Of a stretch of DNA of 64,000 nucleotides, positions 29,201-41,904 are shown one piece after another (position 1 is the first letter of the stretch; each line of letters opens with the position of its first letter). The stretch is from positions 2,732,912 to 2,796,911 of the forward strand of contig BDGG01000004.1 in NCBI GenBank assembly GCA_001949185.1, given 5' to 3'. This stretch comes from Ramazzottius varieornatus. Lineage: Eukaryota; Animalia; Tardigrada. The notes under the pieces are model-generated. The model did no database searches. It was not told the origin of the DNA and saw only the letters and a list, made by a program, of their open reading frames with translations. Position numbers and translations under genes: made by a program.

Positions 29201-32200
29201 TGCGTGGGATACTACAAGATGTCGAAGCGCAATGGAGCGCCACCTGTGCTCGGGCTTCTCGCCAGATGCAAGCTGTACCAGTCATCGCTGCACAGAGGAA
29301 CATGGCGGTCGGAAGCCCAGCAAGAGCAGTTGGGAAGATGACACCTGTCACTGATCGCGTCAAGCATATTCAGGAGGAGATGCGCAGCATTGAGAACATG
29401 AATGATCTGCGGAGACTATCACATGAGACTAAGGCATGTCAATGAAGCCTTTTTATTTGTGTGCAAATTTGCCTGACTAACGGTGCGTGAATTTTAGGAA
29501 GCCATGAAAACGGCTCAGCTTTACCTGGCTCCAGCTACCGGTCGAACCCCGACGGACTCTGAACTGGCGCTCGTGAAACAGTGCTTGGACGACCTGCACT
29601 CGTACGAAAGCACTCTAAACCGCCACCAGGAAATGTGGAAGGACCTTTCCGGTGCGAAACTTTGGTCAGTCTGTCACGACAATGCTTTAGGCTCTGATAC
29701 ATCTTATCTTATGCAGGCTTTCTGAAGGAGGCAGAAGACTGGGTTGTGGTGGCAGAGAAGAAGGCTCTCGACGTGGAGAAGGCCTTCAGTGACACACAGC
29801 GACGCAAACAGTTGCAGGTACGTACAGGAGACTCGGAAGCTAGGTACGAAGCTTCCGAAGGGAATTATTTTGTTTTTTGGTTCGCAGGAACTGACGGCCT
29901 ACATGGGTGCTCAGAATACGGACAAGTACGTCTCCATTGCTGATTTAGCGGAACAGTTCACTGCAGCCGGCGTCCTGGTATCATTGGTCAGGACGGAAGT
30001 GGACAAGATGAGACAAAGACTGAGCAGTCTGTCAAAGCAGGTATGCTTCTGGACTGCAAGAAGATGTGGAAGTAAAGAGAGATTGAAGATTTGGTTGGGT
30101 TCTTGATGTAGGTGTCGGATTTACAGCACATGAACTCGGCAGATGGGACAGATTCTCGCTCCGAGGATGTTTCAAGGGCCGAAATTGCTGCTCATACCAC
30201 GCTCTTTGATAGCTTAGAACCCGTTGATCGGTTACTGAATGAACTGCAGAAGAAATTGCCGTCGATGGACCTCAAACAGTTTGATTCGGCGACCATCAAG
30301 ACCCAACTCGAGGACTGCGTGGTAAATATTCCATTACACACTTGCACAGTGAATGGTCTTATTGTGAATGTGTCCTACGCAATCAGATTTTTAATCGGAT
30401 TTGATTGTAGATGCTTTACAAAAAGCTCAGTGAAATTAAAGCTGAAGTAGAATCACTGATAAAGCAAGGTCGGGAGGCTGTCGAGTCTGATCCCACAAGG
30501 CCGGAAAATGAGTCGCTCAGCCGTAAGCTGGATAGCATGAAGACCCAATACAACCAACTGGGTGCTCAGGTACTTTACATTCTCTAGTTGACTTTGTTGC
30601 TTAACTTCAACCTCTCAGTATCTGCAACTAAAATTTAGGATGGAGTTTTCTATGTAGGTTACCGCAGCGAAAGCCGAACTCGATAATGGTTTCAAACTGG
30701 TGAAGAAAGCCGAGAAAGAGTTGGATCTCTTCCGCCTCGCCATGGACGAGATGGAAGCAGCACTTGCTGAGTTGGACAAGATCACCGACCAGCTGGAATA
30801 CGAGTCTACCATAGAGGTGTGTTTGTTACGCGTTCCATGCACTTATCTAGCCCATGCAATACGTCGTGTTCTCTTTAGGACATCAAGTCAGCCATTAAAG
30901 AGAGAGAGGAAACCCTGAATAATTTGCGAAGTTCCCACCAGCAGATGAGAGAGCTTGCCATGAAGAGCAACGTTCCCGGCTTCGAACTGAAGTACTCGGC
31001 ACAAATGCAGCGTTGGACAAAGCTACAAACGCACTTGAAGTCGCTAAAGACCATTGAGGTACTCCCTCCCTTCCACTTTCGGCTACTTTTCTAATTGAGA
31101 TATTTGAAAAACCAGTTTGCATGCACCTGCATGCTTGATGCATGAGGCATAATAGTGCAACTGTTTTACCGCCCACTATTCTAAATTCGGTTGCAGAAGG
31201 ACAAGATGCACAAGCCCATGTCGGTCGCTCGGGAAGCTTTCTTCAGCGACATGATGACCGTTCAAGTAGCATCTGCTGGGTCCACCAAGACCTCCGAGTC
31301 CCCCACTATAAGCACCGAGAACAAGCCAAAGCAAGACCATCAACAAGAAGTGCAACGTAAAATTGATGAGAAACGCCAGATGATCACTTCGACCCATCTA
31401 AGGGCTTTTGCTGAGAATAAGCGGACGGAAGAACAAATCGAAAGAATTCTGCAGTTGGATGGCCAAATCCAGCAACTTTACTCCGCAGATGTTGAAATTG
31501 AGAAAAAACTGGATGGGCTCTTCACCGAGCCTCTGGATTTGAAGCAATTCAATGCTAGGTTGCAAGTTCTCGAGGTATTTGAAACACCCCGTCGTACATA
31601 TCCGAAAATCGGCCGAAATAACACTTTGACCGACGGCAAACCTTTCACGTAGGGAATCCAGCGGGATTTACCTGCTCGTGATCATGACAAGCAGAAAGTC
31701 GTCGATCAGTTGAGCACGCTGAAGTCTGATCTCCGCGGATCCGCCGACGTCTCTCATTTAGTCTCGTTGGAACAAGACATCACTCAACGCACGACAGAAG
31801 TCCACGATAGGTATGGTGATCTTGGTTATTTTACTGATGACGTGTCAGGTATCGGGGACCTCTCTTTTTGAACATTCGACATTAAACTCAGGGTGACTGG
31901 TAGGTCGGCCAAAAGCCGGAAAATCCTGGAAGATCTACAGTTATACTATAAGCTCGCGGAAGAGGACTTACTCGTTTGGCTGCCGAAAGCAGAGGCGGTA
32001 GCAACTGAACTGGCCACTTCCTCAAAACGCGGTACATTCAGCAACGAGCGTTACCGGGTAAGACGGCGAACTCTCAAAAGGTGTGAAGGCCGCCACTCAA
32101 AAACGTACTCTATTAATCGTGTTTGGTTACAGCGGTTGGTGGAAGAGCGCGACAGCCGCATCCCCCACTTCGACACTGCCGTACGGTCCGCCCATAATGC

Positions 32201-35200
32201 TGTCGCAGAGAAGGAAAGCGAACCGGTCGGAAGTACATTGAAACGGGATCTGGCTAGTCTCACCCTCAGATGGGATAATCTGAATACCGCGATTAGCGGA
32301 ATCAAGTAAGCTTTGATTTCCTGAGTATTCTACAGTGGAATAACACCTTTAGTTAATGGCGACAACCACCTGCATACCACGATCCCTGGTTCTTCGCAGG
32401 AAGTGTTGTATGCGGATACACGATAGGGTTTCCGATAGGTGGAGTTTGATTTGCCGGACGTAAGGCTCTAATCGGCGCTGACTATTGACAACCAGATAAG
32501 CACAATGTCGTGTGTTTTTACACGCCATTGTTATCTTACTTGCCTTTTCACGGTCTGGTACGGTCATATCTGTATGGATCACTAAACATGAGAAATGCGT
32601 GATTGAATGTGTGACATTGTTTAGCATCTGCGACAATACACGCAAATGTCAAGTGCCCGTTTTCGGTGGCACTGACGGCAAATGTTGAGTCTCTGTGTCG
32701 GTAAATCTAAACGGTGATGATGTTTACAGAGAGACGCAAATAGAGGACAGACTAGATGTGGAGAGCTACATGGCTAGTCTCCTTGAAGCCGAGAAGTGGG
32801 TGATGAGGAAGAAAGACGAGCTGATGACAATGCGACCGTCGGGTGATCGAGCCTTCCTCGGTAAACTGCAAGACTATCATCACCTTTTCCGCGCACAGTT
32901 GGAAAGAGAAAAGCCGAATATCGACAGTCTGTTGGCCCGTGGAAAATTGCTGGAAGAACAACTGACAACCGATCCAAGTGAGCATTCAATCGGTTGATAA
33001 CATGCTTGTTGTTGGTTCATAATTTGACCCTTATCAGTGGGTTGTCAAAATATGAGTGTTATGAGTGTTGTGGAATTTCTTACAGTGCCATTCCATGTCG
33101 ACCTTGTTGTGTTTGTGTGATGGATTTGACCTACTCTTCTGACTTCCTTGGTATTACAGGAAAAAGCGCGCATGGAAAAAGCACGATGGGGGACCTTAGC
33201 GAAAAACTAAAATCGTTATCGGCCAGCTGGCAGTCCTTGTTCCAGCAATCAGATGCTCTACAAGTGGAGACGGAAGGTGTCACCGAGGTTGGTTCTTAAT
33301 CGATGTTCTCTGATCAGCCTGACGGCCCGAAGACGTATCAGTTGTCTGCTGATGTTGTACAGCTTACTGCTCGTCCAATATGTATGTGATTGTAGGAGCT
33401 CGAAAGGCTCCTGGAACTGTGTGATGCCGCTCGAGAGAAACTCGAAAATTTGCAAAGAGACACCGAAAAATGGGACCTTCCGGATGACGTTAACGTCGCA
33501 GAACTACCAAAGAAGATCGAAGATTCCAAGGTACGCCAAACGTGACGTTCCATAGTATTGGTTGCTTGAATTGCGCAATCGTTTCCTCGAGTGGCTAAAC
33601 GGTTGTTCGGTCTGTGCGCAGAAATTTAAAAGCAAAGTGGATGCACAAGCAGCCAAGCTGGAAGAAGTCAACTCTTTGGCGGCTCGTATACAACGCACAC
33701 ACGCTGGGTTATCGGAAGAGGTGGTTCGATCTGTTGCGCATCTCAACGAGCGGAAGCAGGACCTGCAAGACAAAGTTGATAACCGACTCGAGAAACTTCT
33801 GTCCGCCACCGAAGATGTGACGTCTTCCGAAAATCAGCATTTTCTAGCAAGTAAGTTACAATGAAACTTCGATTTCGCATACTTTCATCTTACAAGTTGT
33901 GTTGCAGCATCGGTCGACGAACCCTGGGAACGCCGAGTTGGACCCAACAGAACGCCGTACTACATCAAGTATGAATTTTTATCTGTTTACTATCCTCCAG
34001 ATTTGGAATTTGGTCTGATTTGGTCTGTTTTCAGTCATTCCGAGCAGAAGACTCAATGGGACCATCCGAGGATGACGGACCTGATGTCTGCGTTGCTGGA
34101 AGTGAACAATATTCGCTTCTCAGCCTACCGGACAGCGACGAAGTTACGGCTCATGCAGAAGAAGCTACATTGTATGTTAATTAAACATCTTTTTCCACAT
34201 TGGATTACTCAAAAAGTTATTCTAACGTCGAGGTTTGCAGTGGACCTTCTACCGCTGAACACAGCCAGTGAAATCTTCGATAAATGTGGACTTCGGGCTC
34301 AGAATGATACGGTTCTAGACTGCTCCCAAGCTGTTACCTGTCTTATGGCAATATACAGCTATATCGACGCACAACACCCTAACCGCATAAACTTCTCCTT
34401 GAGTATCGACGTGTGCTTGAATTGGCTGCTGAACTGCCATGACCCGTAAGTGTGACGTCTTCAGTAATACATCGATAAGTACATCGTCAGCTGAATGGTT
34501 CTTGTTTCTTCAGGGAACGCACTGGACAGATCAGCGTTTTGACCTTCAAGGTGTCCATCGTCATCTTGTGTCAGGGCGAACTTAACGCAAAGTACCGCTG
34601 TAAGTCTGTGAAATTTTGCTGCAACCGGAAGTCATATTGGTGTAATGTGCTACTTGTTCCTTTGTAGATCTCTTCCGGCTCATCTCCGATGCAAATGGCT
34701 TTGCCGATCAGAAGAGAGTTGGGCAGTTACTGTACTCTTGTATCCATATCCCGAGGCTCCTGGGAGAGGTCGCCGCGTTTGGAGGAACCGATCCACAGCC
34801 GAGTATCGACAGCTGCTTCAAATTTGTATGTAGAGCACAGCTTGTTATTTACCGAGTCATGAAGGTGACGCATGCATTCGTAGTAGAAAAAGTACCGCCT
34901 TTTTTAGTCAAAAACCAATGGACTCAACATCCAGCAGAAGGAGTTCCTCGCCTGGCTCAACCGCGAACCCCAGGCTGTCGTGTGGCTGAGTGTTCTCCAC
35001 AGACTCATTGCCGCTGAGGGATCTCGTCATCCAGCGAAGTGCAATGCCTGTCGCCAGTTCCCCATCATTGGACTACGGTACGAAGCATTATCAGATGAAC
35101 TGTCCTGCTGTATTTGGCAGGTTTCAGTCTTGCTTTACTTTCTTTATATGGACCGTTCTAGGTATCGGTGTCTCAAGTGCTTCAACTTCGACTTGTGCCA

Positions 35201-36765
35201 GAACTGTTTCTTCACTGGACAGCGCTCGAAGAACCATAAGATCTCTCACCCAATGCAAGAATACTGCTTTCCGGTTGGTATCAGTTGTTTTCGGTGGAAT
35301 GTGAGTGCGTTTTGTTCAGTCAAACCTGTGGCTGTTTCAGGCAACTTCCGGGGAAGACATGCGAGACTTCAAGCGGGTTCTGAAGAACAAGCTTCGCTCG
35401 AGGGAAAGCCTCACGGGTAGCTCGAAGTCCCTTGGGTATTTACCTGTGCAACAAACTTCGGCTCGAGGTTCTGACTATGAAAAGTCCGCTACCTTAACGT
35501 CGTTAGCCGCCAAGGGATCGATAGGATCGAATGATGCGGCTGACTTTACTCAAAGCAGGCTGGTTTACAGTGTTCGACAATCGTTATTCAAATTAATGAC
35601 CTATAAGGACTTAATGGTCGTTCGTTGTAGAATCATCGAGTTTGAAGGCTCGCGCGGTGCGTCGTCGCCGGAAGCGTAAGTTAATATAACTTGGCTTGAA
35701 GACTTTTTACAGTCTTGATAGCTGGTGTTTTACAGAGACGAGGAGCATACTTTGATCACACGATACTGTAACACCCTGTCGGCTCCAGCGCATGACTTCG
35801 TAAGTCTGTAATTTCGACCTGTCAGCACAAGCTTGTTTTGCTTCTGAGGCGTTGGTCACAGTGAAAGTAAAGAACGAACCACAAGCTGTTGGTCCAGCTC
35901 TTTCTGACTACCTTACTTTCAAACTCCTCGAAAAGCTGGTCGTTATCGTCTTCACTTCCTCGAACTGCTTGCCTCTGATTCTTTTGTTTGTACTGGCGAT
36001 TTTCGTCGTCCATCCCCAAAGTTTCGCGATGTATTGCGACTTTGGGCTACACGTCTTTATTGGGTGGTTTTCAGAGTCAGATGCCCGATCAGATACTACG
36101 TGCAGTCGATAAAGAGGAGAAGGAGGAAATGGAAGATTATCTGCGCCAGTTACAGGAAGACCACGAGTAAGTTCTACAACTGTTATCTGCACGATCTAAG
36201 TATTAGTTATCTACAGTATTAACTCACCTTCTTGTTACTGTAGCAAGCTGATTGTCGAGCTGGAAAGTGTGAAGCAACTGCACGACGAAATCCCCGCTGA
36301 TGATCTGTTGGCTGAAGCATCGATGCTGCGCGACGACAAAGGACGTCTTGAAGCCCGGATGAGGGTTCTGAAGGACCATAATCAGCAGCTGGATTCGCAG
36401 CTTCAAAGAATCAAGCATCTTCTGGAAGAGGTAGGTCAGAGACAATAGCAATTTTGTGGGAATGTCATTGCAAACGGGCTTTCCTGTAGACGCCCGAACG
36501 TGTGCCGGCTTCTCCCGTACCGTCAAATTACAGCAACGGCCGTGCGACGCCTGCTGACAACCTGATTACGAAAGGATCGTCTTCCGTAGCTAATGGCAGC
36601 TCACCTTTACCGACCAAAAAGGCCGCCCGCCAAGAAACGTACTCCGTAGGTCAGCTCTTCCATGCGGCTGGAAGCCTAAACGTGGCTGTGGGCTCGCTTG
36701 TCACTGTGATGAACGAGGAAGAGCAAGCTGCACTCAATAAGCCCAGCGCAGTAAGCGGGAGTTGA
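23208..36765 (+). CDS. DMD: Dystrophin (CH1-CH2, shortened spectrin rod, WW, EF-hands, ZZ, C-terminal coiled coil), multi-exon
   Basis: [17 protein letters not shown]; [14 protein letters not shown]; [10 protein letters not shown]; [13 protein letters not shown]; [29 protein letters not shown]; [15 protein letters not shown]; [36 protein letters not shown]; [23 protein letters not shown]. Confidence 0.96.
23773..23819. repeat. Tandem repeat, 17-bp unit CTTGCATTCACATGTGG x2.7, in dystrophin intron
   Basis: Exact copies at 23773, 23790 and partial at 23807. Confidence 0.85.
23850..23974 (+). mobile_element. Intronic palindromic element copy 3, in dystrophin first coding intron
   Basis: GCAAACGAAACGT.../ACGTTTCATTTGC arms; GGCGCA 23893-98 + 27 nt + TGCGCC from 23926; right end TTTGCTAACCTCCCC. 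Confidence 0.78.
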
Positions 36766-37585
36766 TGTCTTCACGAGTACGCTGTTGTATATTTTTCTTG
36801 TTACAAAATTTCTCAAAGCTTCCTTTAGTGAGGTGATAATCAAAAGCAGCTAGTTTTCAGTGTGTTTTGGTAACATTCGCTTTTCACTTTTCTAACTTTG
36901 AGTGGTTCTTTTTTAACTTTGAATATTTTCAGTTCGATGAAAAGAGCTAGGAAGCTCAGTGCCTTTTTCATTAACTATGCAGCAATACAGCTTTCTAATA
37001 TTCGAATATGGAAAGAAACCGCTTACATGTCCTGAACTCAAAGAGCGGCAAACACGTATGGCCTTCTTACGTACACCTGCACACGGCGAACGATGACAAA
37101 TACGCGGGTCCTTGTACTTAGATGCTTGAGAGTTTTGAGCGGATGGGTTGTCTGCATCTTATGTAGCTAAAAAACCGCACAGATCCACTTCCCGTTCCGT
37201 GAAAGGAGAGGGAACACTACTGCACTATTTGACTAACAATTCCGCCAGCAGACAGGCGCCCAGTGCATGCGGGCGTACATGCGTTAGGAATGACGGGACG
37301 GGATGAAAACCCAATAATCAGGGAAGATAGCTGTAGGCATCTCGTGGTCTGTCGCTTCATCGTGACCTGATTATGGATTGGACGTTTGAATCGAGCCTTC
37401 ACGGGCATGTGGCGGTGACCAGACTCTCAGAGTCCTACTCACTTGCAATCTTTTCCACGGCTAGCACGCACGAATCCATCCACTATGTAAAGAGAGCATG
37501 TGTCGACTAGCAATTGTCTGGATACTCAATTCTGAGCTGCGGTAAATGCCGGATAAAGGCAGCTTCGTGACATTTCTGGTGAATC

Positions 37586-39015
37586 ATGATGCAATCCTCT
37601 AATAACTCATCTTTGCTTTCTTCCTGGTGCAATTACGTGGACTGGCTCTACTCCATAGCAGGTAAAAAACATAAGACCTTCCCTTGCCTCCATAACATGC
37701 GCTGACGACTTCTCTCTTTGCAGATCCTCGTGTCGAGAAATGGCTGTTCATGTCGTCACATTGGCCATCCTTGATTATTGTCAGCGCATACCTCGGTAAA
37801 TTTTTTTTTCGGCCCCGAGACTAGTAATATTTGCGTTATTTTCGTTGTTTTGTGAAGTTTGTTCGTCAGGAGCTTCACCTGCTTTGCCGTTGCACATCGC
37901 TGTTTGTTGTAGGAATGGTCAAGTGGGGACCGCAGCTTATGCGCCATAAATCACCGCTCCACCTCAAGCCCCTAATGATCATCTATAACTTATCAATTTC
38001 AGCACTCAATGCCTACATCTGCAAACAGGTTTGCAAGTTTACCATCATAGGGTTATCAATACCAACAAAGTTTGAGCGGTGCCTCTTTTGAACCTTTTAA
38101 AAAACCTGCTCCCTTTGAAAACCTAATATCAGTCTTTTGGTAGAGCTACTCTGCTGCTACTGCGCTGGGATACAGCTATGTCTGCCAGGAAGTCGTCTAT
38201 TCCTATCACCCGGAAGAGCTCAAGGCAAGTAGCCACTGATGTCCTTTATTACATCGCAGCCCTGCGGGCGAAAATTTGTCCGGAATATTTTATGGGCATG
38301 GGTCACATTGTTGATTGTTCTTTATCCTACAGATGGCGTCTACTGTATGGTGGTTTTATTTTTCCAAAATTATCGAGATGGCGGACACGGTATTCCTGAT
38401 ACTACGAAAGAAGAACAACCAGTTATCGTTCCTCCACGTTTACCATCACGCTACGATGATCTTATTTTGGTATATTGGCGCACGATGGGTCGCCGGAGGA
38501 TCAGGTAAGGTTTCGCAAGCGCGAGTGTCCACGAACTCGAGCATCAGGCTCGACTTTCAAAACTGATTTCGTTTTATTTCTCGTAGCGTTCTTTCCGATG
38601 ATGACCAACTCTTTCATCCATGTTCTGATGTATTCCTACTACGGGCTGGCGGCCCTTGGACCAAACGTTCAGCGGTTTCTGTGGTGGAAGCCATACTTGA
38701 CGCAAATCCAAATGGTACGTGCGAGTATGTTGTATTTCTTGCTGGTGGGATGCTTCTCAATGTAAACCGTTTTCTTGGTTGCAGGCGCAGTTTCTTCTTG
38801 GCCTTTACTTCGCAGTGCAATCATTCTACGTACCATGCAGATTTCCCTTATGGATGAAGCTGGCTTTCATCGCGTACATGGTTTCGCTTTTGGCTCTTTT
38901 CGCCAACTTTTACCTGAAACGATATTCACACGGGGAACCACCCAAGAAGGTGGACCATGTGCACCTAACAGACGAATCTTCCGTTACACATGCCGTGAGT
39001 AAGAAAAAACTTTGA
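37586..39015 (+). CDS. Very-long-chain fatty acid elongase (ELOVL4-like), multi-exon
   Basis: [12 protein letters not shown]; [34 protein letters not shown]; [14 protein letters not shown]; [12 protein letters not shown]; C-terminal KKKL ER-retention signal. Confidence 0.92.
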
Positions 39016-39644
39016 CCACCATAGGCGATGTGGTAACAGTTGCAATTATAAAATTACCTTTACTCGGACTGTATGTGAGGCGAGATGCAGCGAGAGAAGT
39101 CTAGCTGAAGAGCATTATAATAACTCCTGCAGGTCGCGCATTCATTCGAATACGGGCAGAAGGTGAGCCGTTTTTTTGTTTCACTCGACAATATCCATCA
39201 ACAGCATCACCCAAAAAGCAAAAGCGTGAATCGAACAAGAAAGGAAAAAATCTATGCTGTTTGATGGTCATTTTGTAGTGACTATGGCTGCTACAGTCGT
39301 CTAGTCGAAGCAGTACGCGGTCGTAATTTCTTGCTATAAGGTAGGTACTAGCCCATCAGTCACGGTCAACCATGAGGCCTACATACAAAGTACGGTTTGC
39401 ACTATAGGTTCTACCTGCTGCCATTATGACTGTCAAGTCCGCAAGTGGGTCAAGTGAATCTACGGCATAGTTTTCTGATAGTTTCGTCATGACTTTCATT
39501 AACCGTGAACTTCAAGAAACGAAACGAACGCCATGATAATCAGTTAGCCTCCTTGCCCAACTGTTCGTCTGCCTGCCTGCCCACAATAGATTTCACCGCA
39601 CCGAAAAACTAGACGCCCATGTTGCCTGGCTGGCCGGCAACAAT

Positions 39645-41499
39645 ATGGGCACCTTGTGGAGAACGCCATGGATAACTCCAATCGAAATGCTTACCTTATT
39701 GCTGGTCAATATATTGTCGTTCGCCATGGGCGATATGTTCAATCTTGGCGGATCGGCATCTTCGGACTATCTACCGCGAATGCGGCCGGACTTCGATCTC
39801 AACGATATTCCATGCGACATGCGAGACACCCCTACATGCAATAGACCTGGAAAAGCCTACCCTTGGTACGGTAGGTACTTTGTTACCAGAATCAGTCATA
39901 TGGAAGTGAAATAAGCTCGGCGAATGGAAACCACTGATGGTTCTTTTCATCGCCTTTCTGTGCAACGTTGATGATAATTTACATTGCAGGTACGGCATGC
40001 AAAACTACATTCGGGATAACGGTGGGTTCATCAAGCGCATGTACGGAGACGCACGGTTCGATCGGGGACCCTCGAAAGTTCGCGCGCAAGGACCTGTGAC
40101 GAGCTCCTCAACAGACCGAATGTCCAGAAAGGATGACGGAGTGTGAGTCGCCTATTGCCTAACACTTGCAAATCGTAAAGTTTTATTGCTATTACCGCTT
40201 TGATTTTCGTAGTAATGCTTGTCCATCAGAACAGTTCGTGATGACACCGTTCTGGGCAAACAATAGCGATGGCCGCGCCCTGGCCGTCGTCAACTTCCAC
40301 CCGTTCGAACAAGCCATCCAACAGGAAATTTGCAAGTGAGTATTAGCTTATGCAAGACTTACCTTATGTCATCGTACATTAAACTTAAGACCGTATACTG
40401 AATATTAAAAATCATTACAACAACAGTCACTGATCATAATTTCCCCAATTCAGGTCCGGAGTCCAAGGACGCTGCAGAGATGGATGTGTCTGCGAGCAAA
40501 AATATGCTTGGTACCGGCTTTTGGCTTTCGACCCAACGAACGAATGCAAAGGAATATTTATGGACTGGTTTCAGTTCCCTTCTTGCTGTACATGGTAAGA
40601 ATTTCGACAGACTGAGTGCGCTACTTTGGGCTTGGTTATACGTGTTCGTCGCAGTTCAAACTTGATCAGGAACGACGAAAACGTTGGTCTCTTGTAGCCG
40701 TTGTTATGACTTGGTTTCTCGAGAAGTCCCTATCACCGCACCATCGATTATCATCGCCGTCCAGTCCAAAAACAGCTCAGTGGTCAATCAGGAAGGAAAA
40801 TCCGACCCAGATGCCATCATTGAGCCTAAGATTGGCTCCATACCATCTGTGAATCTGGACACAGGTCCAGTCGACGGCACAAGCCTGGAGGATGACTTTA
40901 GCATAACCGCAGTGAATATTAGGCCGTCGACGCGCAACCATTCGACAACCAGCACAACCTCTTTCCCGCAGTTCACCACTGTGACACCACCGACCACGAC
41001 CTCAGTATTCCGAAGGAACACGCTTCCAGAAGTCCAAGCAACGTCGACTTCCTCGTGGCATACACCTGTCAATACGACCATGTTCAGCACCAGTACTAGT
41101 TCTTCGACGGAGTCGGACCTGGCTACCGGTAGTCTCTTCTTTCCCCTTAACGTCTCGTCAGGCAGTAAAGTAATCTCGGCGGAACTGGTTCAAAGCTCCT
41201 CTCCTCGTAGCGTTGTCAACCCGCGAAAGGCCATGGGTAGTGGCCTCCCCAACCGACTACGTTATCTTACGGTACCTCAGACTAAAACCTCTACCAGCCT
41301 TCCCACGACAAGTTCCGCGTTCCCCGTAACTGATGATCCGCTTATTAACTCTACTGATCTTCCTCGAACAACTTCTAATGTAGACACGTTAAACCATTCT
41401 ACCGATAATAATATCATCTCTATATTTGTTGAACAAGAACCCTCCGCTCAAAAGAAAATGGAGCAATCTGTTCGGAGCAATCGCATTCCACGAATGTAA
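39645..41499 (+). CDS. Spaetzle 3/4-like cystine-knot ligand with signal peptide and long Ser/Thr-rich C-terminal extension
   Basis: Signal [15 protein letters not shown]; PCD...[30 protein letters not shown]; [17 protein letters not shown]...[10 protein letters not shown]...[43 protein letters not shown]. Confidence 0.88.
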
Positions 41500-41904
41500 A
41501 ATCTTTATTATTACCATCTCCTTCGCGTTTACTGTTATCTAACGTTGCAAATTTCCAAGCGCGACGCACATTGTTCGAAATACCTTCACTGTAACACTAT
41601 ACTTCCTTCTTCTCGGCTTCGAACCTCCAACAGTGCAGTTTTTACCGAGATCCACGAGCTAACGAACAAGACCGAGGTCTTCAGCCGAAGCGACCTATGT
41701 TGCGACACGCGCGATCCTCTTTCGGTTCTTTTGAAACGACTTTCGGACGTGGTGAACATTGGGATTCACTCTTAGATTTTGGTGAAACTTCAATCGATGT
41801 ACATCAGTGTAGACATCCGCGTTAGTGTTTACACTGCATGAACCTGTTCTTTCTTCTCACATAAAACGCACAGTTTAATGTAAAATAAAAGAAGCTGGAA
41901 ATCA

